From Eledone cirrhosa (lineage: Eukaryota): DNA of 64,000 nucleotides. A program made the translations under genes and the position numbers. The notes beneath the pieces are model-generated. The model made no database searches. It had not been told where the DNA came from and saw only the letters and a list, made by a program, of their open reading frames with translations. The first letter of the stretch is position 1. Each line of letters opens with the position of its first letter. The DNA lies in NCBI GenBank assembly GCA_964016885.1, contig OZ024750.1, forward strand, positions 7,812,001 to 7,876,000, in the 5' to 3' direction. Positions 13,803 through 26,708 of this stretch are shown piece after piece.

Positions 13803-14207
13803 TTCTTAGTGTGAAGACAGTTATTGCTTTCAGATAATTCTTAAGCCTGTGAAATGAATGAGTTGATTGAAACAGGTTTATTGGTCAGAGAATCAGTTAC
13901 AACATCTACAGTTTGGTGGAGAGTTACAGCATCTACTGTTTGACGGCCAGCTGGAGCACCTGTTGTTTGGTGGTCAGCAGTAGCTAATGTAATTAATGTT
14001 ATGGTAATAATATTATCAATTGTATAATATTAGATACACTGCTTGTGTATCTTCGTCTTTATTTTCTCTTTCTCTTTGTCGTTCTCTCTCTCTTTTTCTC
14101 ATTCTCTGTCGTTCTCTCTCTCTTTTTCTCATTCTCTGCCGTTCTCTCTCTCTTTTTCTCATTCTCTGCCGTTCTCTCTCTCTGCCATTCTCTCTCTCTC
14201 TCTTTGC

Positions 14208-14282
<75 letters not shown>

Positions 14283-14989
14283 CGTCTGTGTGTGTTTGTA
14301 TTCATATATATATATATATGTGAGGAAACATAAACAAATAAGCTTTTAGTAATCAATGACTGATATGTCTTTCATTTACCAACAAGTAGGATACTTCTCA
14401 GTCATATTCTGAACTCATCGTTGAATAATGAATACATACTCTTTTGTATACAGAATAAAGATTGACAACCTCGCTACACATTATACAATATAATCAAATC
14501 TGTTAATGTTTATAATTATTATGAATAAATGTATAAAATTAATGGTAGGGTTGAAAGCTCTCATTATAAACTTATTAGATATAAAAACCAGCCTAACAAT
14601 CCATTGAAAAGCTGACATAACCATCCTATTATACACATGAAACTGTTAGTATGGAAACTCTTAACGGCTTGTTAATGGCAGTAACAAAAAATGGCATACA
14701 TTTGATTTTTAGATGCGAAATTGTGTTTGTGGATTGGTCAATGTTGTCTCCGTGTAGATTATCTCAACTAATATGTTAGATATCTTAACAAAGTGTATGG
14801 CATGTACTCACGATCAGCACACAGTTGAAATATTAATTCAAATTATACATTCTGTCTATAAGAATATCTAGTAACAGCACGAATCCAACATCGCATCGTA
14901 AAGCTTCGTTCCGATTCATTTTGTATTTGCCATCTTAATTGTACTCGTCAAATATTTATGGATGTCTCTTACTCACTCGTTCGTTCAGT

Positions 14990-15122
14990 CATTCTCATAC
15001 TGCCACTCTCTTCCTCACTCTTTCTTACTCTGTCTCACATTCTCTCTCTAACACATTATTTCTCTCACATTATCCCCCTCTCTCTCTCTCTCTCTCTCAC
15101 ATTATCTCTCTCTCACGCATTA

Positions 15123-15185
<63 letters not shown>

Positions 15186-15440
15186 CATTATCTCTCTCTC
15201 TCTCTCACATTCTCTCTCTCTCTCTCTCTCACATTATCTCGCTCTCTCTCACACATTATCTCTCTATCACGTTCTCTCTCTCTCTCTATCACATTATCTC
15301 TCTCTCTCTCTATCACATTATCTCTCTCTCTCTCTCTCTCTCTCACATTATCTCTCTCTCTCTCTCTCTCACATTATCTCTCTCTCTCTCTCTCACATTC
15401 TCTCTCTCTCACATTCTCTCTCTCTCTCTCCCTCTCTGAC
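14990..15440. repeat. (CT)n compound repeat with cacattat spacers
   Basis: Seen directly. Confidence 0.95.
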
Positions 15441-16063
15441 TATCTATATAGTATCTGTATGTTTGGCTCTCTGTCTAGACAGAGCTTGAAAAAGATATCA
15501 GGTGGCTCCTAAGCACTACTGGTAACATGTAAACCAATGCAACCTGCTGCATAGTCAGGTCATCGGCAGCCTCACCAACTCTGCTTGGAAAGCCGAAGGT
15601 CCTTTGATTAACTTGCTGCATACAAATAGTACTCGTGAAATGACAAATGAATAAGGTCATTCATTAATTTGTGTGTATGTTTGTACATATGTGTGTGTGT
15701 GTTGGCATACCTATGTGATTACACCTGAGAGGAAACTAATCATTCTTCAAACCAGGATTGTGTGTAGCCTCTAGCCATCCGACTAGTTTTATGGTTCTTG
15801 TGTCACACAAGCGTTTATCACTGTAGAATGTAGTAGATAGTTGTATCGCTCTATTTTCCCTATATTTTCACCTTAGCAAGGCTCAGGACTTACATTACCT
15901 AAAACCACATTGACAGCGACCTTATCTTACGGCATCTATAATCAACCTAAATATTTCGATATGGAGGAAATATTTCTTCCGTTTATTTGTTTTATTACCA
16001 TAATATTTATTTCATAAAAATACTATGGAGGAGACAACTCCTGATAAGTTTACGTGTTATTAT

Positions 16064-16251
16064 GCGGTGAATTGGCAGTATCGGTAGAGGGTCGGACGCC
16101 ATGCTTTCCAGCATAGTTACGTCCCTTTACGGTCTGAGTTCAAACTCCGTCGAGGTTAACTTTACCTTTCATTCTTACGGGGTCGATAAAATAAAGTACC
16201 AGTAATGAACTGGGTAATTGCTGGCCTTGTGCCAAAAGTAGAAACAATTAT
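16064..16251 (+). mobile_element. SINE S1 copy
   Basis: Matches the 13393 copy. Confidence 0.9.
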
Positions 16252-16923
16252 GACTGTATTAGACTTCACTCAGAAATATTGATGAAAGTATCATGTAGTA
16301 AGTTTGACAGCGGAAAAAAGAATTGTTTAGAGAACAAATTATTCCCATCTTCACTCCTTTTGCAACCTCAGTACCGTGAAATCGAGGCTACACTGATGAG
16401 ATTATAATAAGATTAAAATATTGATAGAGTTGTACTCTGCTCTTTTCTGAAATCATTAAAGAAATATTAGCCATTAACTAATATTTATTCCTCAACGCCT
16501 AATTATTTCTCGTTGGAGTTTTATTGTTCCACATAGCATGCTGTATGGTAATACTAACAATTATTTTTCATTCTATGGCGTCTATAGGTTATCTAATATG
16601 CTACATTGCATATGATTAGTTGATGCATGAAGAAGTTGTTGTTGTTGGTGATCTGGTGGTGGGGTATTTATTACTATTAACATTTCAATTTTTAGAAATA
16701 AACTTTAAGGTTTACTATGCCAAGAACATGCCACTGAGTCAAATAGTGTCAATACTAAGTCAACATCAACAAGTGTCTTCCATATACTTGGCAGTTTTTT
16801 TAGAAAACAGATACCAAGACAGAGTAGAGTTCATACAGATATCAAAATATGACTTATAGTATGTTATTCGAGTATTACGCATGGAATATCTGAAGTTTAT
16901 TAATATTATGTAAGTGAATACTA

Positions 16924-17272
16924 GGGTGGTGAATTGGTAGTAATCGGTAGAGCGTTGGACAACATGCTTTGCAGCATAGTTATGGCCCTTTAATTCTGAG
17001 TTCAAATCCCGCCGAGGTTAGTTTTGCCTTTCATCTTTACGGGGTCGGTAAAATAAAGTACCAGTAATGCTCTGGGGTTGATTTAATCAACTTTCCCCTT
17101 CCCCCAAATTGTTGGCATTGTGCCTAAATCAGAAACCATTTCTGAACGGAATAAGAGGATGGTGGATTGGCAGTATCGGTAGAGCATCCGGCACCCTGCT
17201 ACGTGGTATAGTTACAGCACTTTACGTTCTGAGTTCAAATCCCGTCGAGGTTAGCTTTACCTTTCATCCTTA
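16924..17272 (+). mobile_element. SINE S1 long-tail variant (16924-17140) plus a 3'-truncated copy (17156-17272)
   Basis: Matches S1, with an extra ggggttgatttaatcaactttcccc segment. Confidence 0.85.
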
Positions 17273-17899
17273 CATTCTACTCTAACAAATTTGTTAAGTG
17301 AATATACTTAGCTAATGATATTTAATAAGGTTGAAACATGTCTAATACATTCCCCATGTAGACACAATCTACTTCCACTAAACTTTTCAAATGACTTCTA
17401 TCAACATAAACTATTACTTTTCTCTCACTGGTTTGATTCACATTATCTGAACAATCCTTAACTTTCTTGTCTGGAAATTGTTCATTTCACCTGATTGACG
17501 CTTTTCCCACATGCCTTATTCCCCGCAAGCGGTTATACATCTAAATTGTATTCTCTCTCTCCCTCTCTCCCTCTATCTCTCTATCTCTCTATCTTTCTCT
17601 CTCTCTTTCTCCCTCTCTCCCTCTATCTCTCTATCTTTCTCTCTCTCTTTCTCCCTCTTGCACATAAACAGGCCACATATATGTGTGTGAGAGAGGAGGC
17701 GAGTTTGTGCTGGTTAAATCAATACCATTGAAGATTTATAATTTTATAGCGACGATTAAAGCCGAATCTGAGCTTTATTGTTGGTAGTAGTAGTGGTGTT
17801 GGTGGTGGTGTTGATGTTGGTTGGTGTGTGTGTTCAATAGAAAATAGAAATGACTGAACGTGGAAATATTAAATTATGAAATATTTATTTTCATTTCGT

Positions 17900-18360
17900 T
17901 TTCTTTTTTTTTGTGACGTAATTACAAGTTTTATGTGACTATCACATGCCGAAAGTTGCAAGCTGTTAGAAAGCAAGTGTTTCAGCACTTTAGAAGCTAA
18001 GGGCTGAAAGCTCGTTTGAGGAAGGTTTCTTCTCTGAAAACCTCCTGCTGTATAACTCTCCTCTGAGTTTCTTATCTCTTTTGTTTTCATTTTTTTTTTT
18101 TTGTGTCGAAATCAGACGATTTTTGTGGCTTTTCGCATGCCACCATAAGTTGAAAACTGCAAGCTGTTAGCGAGTGTTTCGGCCCTTTAGAAGCTTCGGG
18201 CGGAAACACCCGCTTGGGCTGGTGTGAGTGTGGTGGTGTTCTTCTCTGAAGACCTTCTGCTGTCCAGCTCTCCTGAGAGTTTCTTAGCACTTTTGGATTC
18301 GTATTTTGTTTTTGTGGCATAATCACAGGTTTTATGGGCTTATTTCACATGCAGAAAGTC
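17900..18360 (-). repeat. Diverged tandem duplication (about 210-bp unit) of an interspersed repeat also present at about 7229-7340 (+)
   Basis: gaaactct..ggagagctggacagcagaaggtcttca.agaaga is shared. Confidence 0.65.
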
Positions 18361-19057
18361 GAATATTGCTTCCTAATAGTTTAGAAAGTATTATAATATC
18401 GACCAGTGAAATTCTATATAATCATTACACGCCATATCTTGCTCAAACAAACACATTATATTAACTGCCTCAGCTGGAAGTTTCTATCCGGTTTATTTAT
18501 GAGTTTACTCATTATAAAATAATGTTAACACCATACTTAGATATCATTACAAACATCGAATTCGTTACTACGGAAGCTAGTTATCAGTAATGATAAACAA
18601 ATACTTGTCGTTAATAACAACCTTTCCAGATTCATGATTAAAACTATCGATTGATTGATGAATCAATCAATAAGATTGTTATTTTATTTATATCTCACTG
18701 AAATTTAATAAATAAACGCGATCTTTTGAAATTTCATTAAACCGATCGATGTGGATCTGTTTGTAAATTATGTGAGGAAAATGTATTACGACTTTATATT
18801 TGACAATGGTAACGAAATACAACCAACTGCTCTCTTTGGGCGACTTTAGCGGAGCACACTCTGTTGTAGACATTTCGATCAGCTCTCCCTTTTAAGGACA
18901 CCTTCTGAAACCAGCTTCATGAAAAATGCCATGGGTACTAACTACATTGACCCCGTTGATTAGAAAGTAAAGAGTAATGGGAGGTCTTAAGACGACATCT
19001 GTATCTACAATTTTGTTTCCTTATTCATTTTAATTTCAAATAATTATAATATAAATT

Positions 19058-19243
19058 TAATTGTTTCTACTTTTGGCACAAGCACAGCAATTATCCCAGT
19101 GCATTACTGGTACTTTATTTTATCGACCCCGTAAGGATGAAAGGTAAAGTTAACCTTAGCGGGATTTGAACTCAGATCGTAAAGCGCCGTAACTATTTGC
19201 TGCAAAAGCATGGCGTCCGACCCTCTACCTACACTGCCAATCC
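19058..19243 (-). mobile_element. SINE S1 copy
   Basis: Reverse-complement match. Confidence 0.9.
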
Positions 19244-20966
19244 GACGGTGAGGGAGACGCGTTGGAACAGCAACTCTAGATTGCAGGGCTTGCACCTGCG
19301 GGCACACCCAACTCCGTTCCGATAGCAGTGAGTAGGGATGTGGTTTGGAGGAAGGGTAGGGACCTAAGAAAGCTGGAAGCCCCCCCCCCCCCCACTGCTG
19401 CAGGCTCTGCCACGAACCGATCAGAAAAAAGGTCGATTATTGATAATAATTGAAGATTTAAAAAAAAATTTGAAACTATAACAGAAAGTGGAATAAGGAA
19501 ATGAAAGATGGCTAAATATCTGAAGGAGGAGGGGTGCAGAGTAGGAGGAGGGGGGAGAGTATGAGGAGGGAGGAAGAGGAGGAGGGAAGAGTAGGAGGAG
19601 GGAGGCAGAGTAGGAAGGGAGGGGAGTGTAGGCGGAGGAGGAGGGAGATGTTGTAGAGAAACGAAAAACAAAGATAAGAGTAGATGAAGAATAGTTTTTT
19701 TTATAAGTTGTTATCTTTAATAACAACCATCGCTTATGATTTGTTTCCTATACACGGTACAATCTACGCGTAAACAACTTTAACTGATATATTATAGAGA
19801 TAACAGACCATTGCTATTAACATCACAACCCCTAAAACTGACACACCACCACAACCACCACTACCAACAACAACAACACTACAGTAAACACCATTATCAA
19901 TAACAATAACAACTGCATCATCACTACTGCCACTAACATTAACACAAACAACAACACTGTCTTAAACACCACATCAACAATAATAACAACTACATCATCT
20001 CTACGCTTAACACCACTGCTACTAACATAACCACAAATATTATTACCAACTCAACCATCAACACCAACAACCACACAACACTATCGTAAACACCACTATG
20101 AACAACAATAACAATACTATCACTAACACCACTGCTACTAACATTACTACAATCCTTATCATCATCACCATCAACATCATCATCTATATACTACTAAAAC
20201 TCTGTGATTGTGTGCGTTTCTGTAATTTAATAATAATAGGGAAATACTTTGAAAGGAAGTTGACCCTGAAATGGGAATACAAATGGAATAAAACAAGTTT
20301 CGCGTAAATCGGAGCACGTGTCCCCGAGATACGGGTTTTTTCCGGGTACCTTCATGAATATATAGAGAGAAAGAGATAGTGGTTGTGAGAGAGTAGATTG
20401 AAAGAGAGAAATAGAGAGAGAACGAAAGGAGACGGAGAATGAAAATGGTAGAGAGAGAAAGAGATAGATGTAAAAATATTTTTAACATGATGTACAAGAA
20501 ATATTTTTTAAATGAACGTGACGCAACGGGTTACAGGTCATCTAGCCATCAATATATTTATAATTATGATCACTATCCTCATCACGATCACTTATATTAT
20601 TATAACCATTTAGAAAGAAAATTGCTTTTACTCTTCACATGAAGGAATTAATCCGGACTTCTATAACTATCTAAAGACATGCCTGGTATACATTGTTAAA
20701 TGAGCGTATTTCTCTCGTACTTAACTTAAACTGCATAGAAATGATTTTGTATTCATTGCAGTTCTTTGTTGAGTTGTCATTCATTTTATCTGTATGTTGT
20801 CAACATGGAAATTACGCTCTATTTTGTTGATTTAAAACGAAAAGGAGAATGACACATATTTGAAGAACGTGGTATAGTTGAAACAAATTCAGTATCATAC
20901 ACGATCGACTCGACTACCACAAGCATTCATATGAATCACTACTCCCTTACGGACAACTGAGGCTGC

Positions 20967-21430
20967 ACACCAGGTCCGGACACAGAAGAGCCCAACTCCC
21001 ACTGCCAGCGCCTCCATCTCTCTCGTCCTCCCTATCTCTCATGAACACCAGGTCCGGACACAGAAGAGCCGAACTCCCACTGCCATCGCCTCCATCTCTC
21101 TCACCCTCCCTATCTCTCATGAACACCAGGTCCGAACACAGAAGAGCCGAACTCCCACTGCCATCGCCTCCATCTCTCTCGCCCTCCTATCTCTCATGAA
21201 CACCAGGTCCGAACACAGAAGAGCCGAACTCCCACTGCCAGCGCCTCCATCTCTCTCGCCCTCCTATCTCTCATGAACACCAGGTCCGAACACAGAAGAG
21301 CCGAACTCCCACTGCCATCGCCTCCATCTCTCTCGCCCTCCTATCTCTCATGAACACCAGGTCCGAACACAGAAGAGCCGAACTCCCACTGTTATCGCCT
21401 CCATCTCACTTGCTCTCCATATCTCTCATG
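20967..21430 (+). repeat. 77-78 bp minisatellite, about 6 copies
   Basis: Unit atgaacaccaggtccgaacacagaagagccgaactcccactgccatcgcctccatctctctcgccctcctatctctc; starts at 21041, 21119, 21196, 21273 and 21350. Confidence 0.95.
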
Positions 21431-21799
21431 CTGGCCGACCCACAGTCCCGGCGGACAGAATGGAGAAGGCATTTCCCGACGAATTTAAATCAGTGGCAGG
21501 ATCTGTTCTTGATACAACAGTGTTACAAAACACCTTGACACACACGCATTCTCCTTAAAAAATATGACTCTATGAAAATTGTCCAAACCATAACGGAAGA
21601 TTTGACAGTTACTATCCATGGTATCGTACCAGAATAACAGCAACGTTTGAATCAAAGAATCCAGAGCTTAACACAAAGTCAATATCAACAATAGTCTAGA
21701 ACAAAACAGCCAGAAGCTATTATAAACTTCCATTTACTATCAACAATGGATCAAAAGGGAATAACCAGCAGCTATTATTAACGATGATTAAACCACCTC

Positions 21800-21838
21800 T
21801 CCTTCTCTTTCTCTCTCTTTATCTCTCTCACTTTCCCA

Positions 21839-21877
<39 letters not shown>

Positions 21878-22143
21878 ACTCACTCACTCACTCACTCACT
21901 CACTCACTCTGTGTGTGTGTGTCTCTATCTCTGTCTGTCTCTCTCTCTCTCTCTCACTACATCTCTCTCTCTCTCTCTCACTACATCTCTCTCTCACGCT
22001 CTCTTTTTCTCTGCCTCTCTCTTTCTGTGTTTACCTCTGTCTCTTCTTGTCATCTCACATCACTTCACATTCTTTGTCCTTCCATTTCAAGGATACTGAT
22101 ACATTTCCCTACTATCACCACCGCTACTACCACCACTACCACC

Positions 22144-22190
<47 letters not shown>

Positions 22191-22257
22191 CACTACTCCT
22201 TCTACTACCACCACCACCACTACTACCACCACCACCACCACTACTACCACCACCACC

Positions 22258-22295
<38 letters not shown>

Positions 22296-22299
22296 CACC

Positions 22300-22333
<34 letters not shown>

Positions 22334-22378
22334 TCACCACCACTACTACCATTACTAATACTACTACAGCAACAACAT
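21800..22378. repeat. (CT)n/(CACT)n followed by a (CAC/TAC)n trinucleotide repeat
   Basis: Seen directly; source of the poly-T/V/H/S ORFs. Confidence 0.95.
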
Positions 22379-22666
22379 AGTAAATACACATTAAACAAAC
22401 TAAACCCCTTTCCATGTTATCTGGGGGTCCCATCACCATATTCACTGAAATGCCATCATAAGAGGGATTCAAGTTTCTTATTTTCCGATATACTTTCCCT
22501 GACATTTCCTTTGACAATGTGAATTTTCTCCAGAAATATATCAAGTACAAATTCGATATTTCCAAGGTAACATTCCTACAACTATGTAAATGCTATTTTA
22601 ACATTCAATGACATATTTCTATTGCTTAAGCCCACTACAAAACTGTTGTATGTACAGTGTATATAT

Positions 22667-22862
22667 ATAGATGAGATTCTACAGGACTAGAACTGTTTCA
22701 TTCTTTAGAAATCATCCAAAATCATCAGAGATTCCTGATGATTTCTAAAGAATGAAACAGTTCTAGTCCTGTAGAATCTTATCTATATTAAAACTTTTAT
22801 ACTCTGCAGTGTATTGAGTACCTTACTTACTGTGGTTACCTCCGATTCAACCCGGAATAACG
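22667..22862 (+). mobile_element. (TA)n-flanked fold-back element, family B; complete hammerhead at 22729-22779
   Basis: agattc CTGATGA t ttc taaa gaa t GAAA cag ttctagtc ctgt A gaatct. Inverted partial copy at 22667-22716. Confidence 0.85.
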
Positions 22863-22926
22863 TATATATATATATATTGGTGTTTTTCTGCTCTCCTAAA
22901 CTTCTCATTACGAGAAGCAGTTTCTA

Positions 22927-23134
22927 TTTGGATTGACAGTATTGGTAGAGTGTCGGACATGTTTTAAGGCATATAGTTACCTTCTGAGTCCACATTCCTA
23001 TTATTCATTTAGGGTCAATAAAATAAAGTACCAGTCAAGCACTGGGGTCGATTAACCAGCATTCGGGGTCGATAAAATAAAGTACCAGTAATGCACTGGG
23101 TAATTGCTGGCCTTGTGCCTAAAGTAGAAACAAT

Positions 23135-23136
<2 letters not shown>
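22927..23136 (+). mobile_element. SINE S1 composite (degenerate copy plus a younger 3' half)
   Basis: Core occurs twice. Confidence 0.8.
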
Positions 23137-23168
<32 letters not shown>

Positions 23169-23180
23169 AGTGTGTGTGTG

Positions 23181-23350
23181 TTTATCCCGGGCTCAATCGG
23201 GGGTAACCACAGTAAGTAAGGTACTCAATATATAGCAGATTATAAATATTTTATATAGAGATGGCTTCTACAGGACTGGAACTGTTTCATTCGGGAGAAA
23301 TCATCAGGAAGCCGACTGTCCAAGTAAAATGGTGGTATTTATACATTTTC

Positions 23351-23352
<2 letters not shown>
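23181..23352 (-). mobile_element. Family B single-arm copy; complete hammerhead at 23263-23313
   Basis: Minus strand: ggcttc CTGATGA t ttc tccc gaa t GAAA cag ttccagtc ctgt A gaagcc. Same 3' tail as the 22667 copy. Confidence 0.85.
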
Positions 23353-23388
<36 letters not shown>

Positions 23389-23390
<2 letters not shown>

Positions 23391-23650
23391 AGCTATCGCT
23401 GTATTTTGACTAAAGAAATTAAATAAATTATTTAGCCTGATAGTGCGGTCAAGAACCCTCGTAGAAATGGAAAAAGATGAGTATTGACTCCCATGTACGT
23501 CAATACTCATCTTTTTCTATTTCTCCGAGGGTCCTTAACCCCACTATCAGGCTAAATAATTTCTTTAATTTCTTTAGTCAAAATACGGCGATAGCTTATA
23601 TTTCTAATAATTTCAAACCCACTCGCTGTTTCGAAAATATTCTTACTTGA
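23389..23650 (+). mobile_element. (TA)n-flanked fold-back element, family C (arms 23389-23488 and 23499-23598, plus tail)
   Basis: About 100 bp inverted arms; homologous to 35050-35320. Confidence 0.82.
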
Positions 23651-23669
23651 TATATATATATATATATAA

Positions 23670-23863
23670 ATAATTGTTTCTACGTTAGGCACAAGGCCAG
23701 CAATTACCCAGTGTATTACTGGTACTTTATTTTATCGACCCCGTAAGGAGGATGAAAGACAAAGTTAACCTCGGCGGGATTTGAACTCAGAATGGCAAGA
23801 GCCGTAACTCTATGCGTCAAAGCATGGCATCCGACACTCTACCAATATTGCCAATCCACCGCC
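23670..23863 (-). mobile_element. SINE S1 copy
   Basis: Reverse-complement match. Confidence 0.9.
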
Positions 23864-24936
23864 TATATATATATATAAATAATGTGTGTGTATAAAGAAA
23901 GTATGTTTAGAAAGCAGCGAGTGAAGTTTGAAAATTGAAATAGAAATATCTTCCTTTTTTTCTCTCCCTTTCTCTTCTTTTCCTCTTGGCCTTTTGATTA
24001 AGAAAAGGCCCCGGGGTCCAAAACATCTGGATCGTGGTTTTACAGCTGACGAAGCATTCTTTCTTCTTTTCTGCTCTCGTTCCGTCCTAACCACCACCCA
24101 AACCTTGTTTTTACTAACCACACAGCTCCTTTAATTTTGTATCGTTTTATATATACATATATATATGTGTGTGTGTATAATATATGTGTGTATATAATAT
24201 GTGTGTGTATAAGGAATGTACAGAAACAAAGATGTCGGGAAGAGCTTGAGAACCTTGCTGAGCAATCAGTCTCCCTAAGCACTCGATGTCGATTGATTAT
24301 GTAAATGTAAATGTTTCCCTTAAGAAACGTATGTATTATGTATCAGCAAGGTACACAGTTGGTGGTCCCTGTAGCGTGTTTCGAGGACCCAGTCCAATTA
24401 TTTATAAACAGAAACAACAAGAATATGTAATTACGGAGTAGTAAAAAAAGCAACAAGTGACAAAATAACATCTCTTCTACACTTGACACTACGGGAATTC
24501 GAGATGAGATAAAATCATTCCAGATTGTTGCGGATGTTTGTATAAAATAAGTAATAATGATGATTCTAACAATACTAATGATGGTGATGACGATAGAGCT
24601 ATAATCCCATTACTGAATATAACTATGTTACGATATGATTCCTTTATTTCTCACATGAGTTACGACGAATGAGAGAGATTAAATATAATAATGACTGAAC
24701 ATTCTAGATTTTACATAAAGTGAAGGAGAAAAATATATAAAGGAAAAAAGATTACTTTATTCTTTAAAATAATTATTTCTAACAGTTGTACAGGGTCAGC
24801 AATTTAGGGAAGTAGAACGTGATTCTAGTGACTTCTGTACATGCCGTTTATTAAATTTATCTCGGTAAGATAAGTTCATCTCGGTAAGATTTAATCTCAG
24901 AAGATAATGAGATCTAGCGATTCTGTTAAGCCAATC

Positions 24937-25083
24937 ATAATGATTTCTATTATAGGCATAAGGCTAGCAATTGTGGGGGAAAGGTAAAGCTAACCTCGGT
25001 GGTATTTGAACTCAGAACGTAAAGGGTCATAACTCTATGCTGTAAAGCATGGTGTCTGACGCGCCAGCGCGCTTGTTAATCCA
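24937..25083 (-). mobile_element. SINE S1 copy with an internal deletion
   Basis: Head and tail present, core missing. Confidence 0.75.
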
Positions 25084-25171
25084 ATAATAAAAATTATTAT
25101 AATTATTATTATATGGTGAAGAAATGTTTTTATTTATATGCTTCTGGATCCCATATATATATATATATATA

Positions 25172-25505
25172 TAGTTATGTAATAAACAACATAAGATAAT
25201 TATTTCATTTACCAGTGGTTTCTTGAAACCAAGCAAAATTTGCTTTCAGTCATCAGAATGAAAAAATCCTGGTGTATTTATTGACAGTGGATTAAAAAAA
25301 TTATATTTTTGTTTTTAAAATCCACTGTCAATAAATGCACCAGGATTGTTTCATTCTGATGACTGAAAGCAAATTTTGCTTGCTTTCAAGAAGCCACTGG
25401 TAAATGAAATAATTATCTTATGTTGTTTATTACATAACTAATAAGCTATGTAACCTACATAGAGCACTCTTTTTTCCTGGACCTTTCCGACGGAATTACT
25501 TCATT
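25172..25505 (+). mobile_element. (TA)n-flanked fold-back element (arms 25172-25293 and 25319-25440); hammerheads at 25203-25263 (-, intact core) and 25349-25409 (+, GAAA changed to GAAG)
   Basis: Minus arm: tttcatt CTGATGA c tgaaagcaa...gtttca a GAAA cc act ggt A aatgaaa. Confidence 0.85.
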
Positions 25506-25527
25506 TATATATATATGTATATATATA

Positions 25528-25569
<42 letters not shown>

Positions 25570-25573
<4 letters not shown>

Positions 25574-25769
25574 AAAATAGTGAGGACCCCGACCGCTGAG
25601 TTCCGGCCGTTTCGACTGCTAGATACGAATTCTCAATCTAGGTGTCGAAACGGCCGGAGCTCAGCCGTCGGGGTCATCACCTTTTTTACATTACCCACTC
25701 TACTACCCTAAGTATTGAGTACTCTGGTTCGTTATGGTCCACCTGGTTCCATACCACACCCTATTTGTT
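25570..25769 (+). mobile_element. Family A fold-back element (hammerhead 3' half)
   Basis: gaccccgac...tttcgac [hairpin] gtcGAAAcggc...gccGTCggggtc, followed by the conserved tail cccactctactaccctaagtattgagtact...gttatggtccacctggttcc. Confidence 0.85.
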
Positions 25770-25871
25770 ATATATAGTTCTTTATCCTCGATGTGTGCGG
25801 ATTAATGTTCAGAGCCATCCTCAGCAAGCATTCTCGTGTAACACCCATATATATATATATATATATATATA

Positions 25872-26142
25872 TAGTTTAGCGAGGTTTTTTATATGAAATC
25901 GTGTGTCGAAACAGATATTGTTATACTTGGGGAGGGTTATATTTGCGTAATATTGCCAGAATTAATAACAGAACACACTCACTGTTTGGTTGGTTTTCGC
26001 TTCTCGCTGTCTTTTATATCTGCGATCTAACTTGAGACAGACTGAATAAAAAAAATGGCGTAGACATACAACACAACAGGAGGAACAAAGAATATAACAC
26101 CACTGACGATGTTGGAGATGTGCCGTCGAGGTTATAATTTTT

Positions 26143-26146
<4 letters not shown>
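25872..26146. mobile_element. (TA)n-embedded interspersed repeat family D; other copies 46256-46723, 34930-35036 and 53955-54018
   Basis: Shared motif atgaccctcc(c)caaa.tataacaatatc.gtttc.acacacg.tttca. The 46256 copy has an internal inversion (46256-46322 vs 46599-46667). Confidence 0.7.
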
Positions 26147-26179
<33 letters not shown>

Positions 26180-26370
26180 GAAAGCATTGTTAAATAATAA
26201 ATAAATCAACTAATACCTTAACACTTCACACAAAGTAAAACATCTCGTTTTAATCATTTTCTAACCCCCAAAAAGAGAGAGAGAAACAAAAACGGAAAAA
26301 AAAATACTTTTCTTCCTCATAATCGTCTCTTTCTCCCTGTTTTCATGTATATACATATATATATATATAT

Positions 26371-26708
26371 ATATGAAAAAAGTTTGTCCTTCATCAGTGA
26401 TCTTCCAACTTGTCCTTCATCAGTGATCTTCTCTCGTTCACGATTTCACCGAATTTAAATTCATAGAAATTTGGGACTTGTCTCCTTCTTCCTCACTTTC
26501 TGTTGCTTCACCATTTTGTTTGTTTACCCTCGCGTACCCTTTATTTACGTGTTCCAACGACTTTTTTTAGCCGTTGCTCGCACCAACCGGAGGTATATCG
26601 TCTTTAAAGCGATGAAATGTCTATGATTGTTGGAAGATCACTGATGAAGGACAAACTTTTTTCATATGTAACCCATTTGCAACTCCGCAGCGCCCTTATT
26701 ATCATATT
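26371..26708 (+). mobile_element. (TA)n-flanked element with a 5' inverted segment (26371-26409 vs 26628-26667) containing CTGATGAAGG
   Basis: About 39 bp inverted arm plus a second partial inverted copy at 26410-26431; no complete hammerhead found. Confidence 0.6.

Noticed and set aside
20967-21430. Regular repeat array considered as CRISPR-like
   Set aside because: Units are contiguous and near-identical with no unique spacers; eukaryotic context and no cas genes.
21784-22565. Poly-Thr, poly-Val and Gly/Ser ORFs resembling mucins
   Set aside because: Frames of a (CAC/TAC)n repeat open in several directions, with no splice or domain support.
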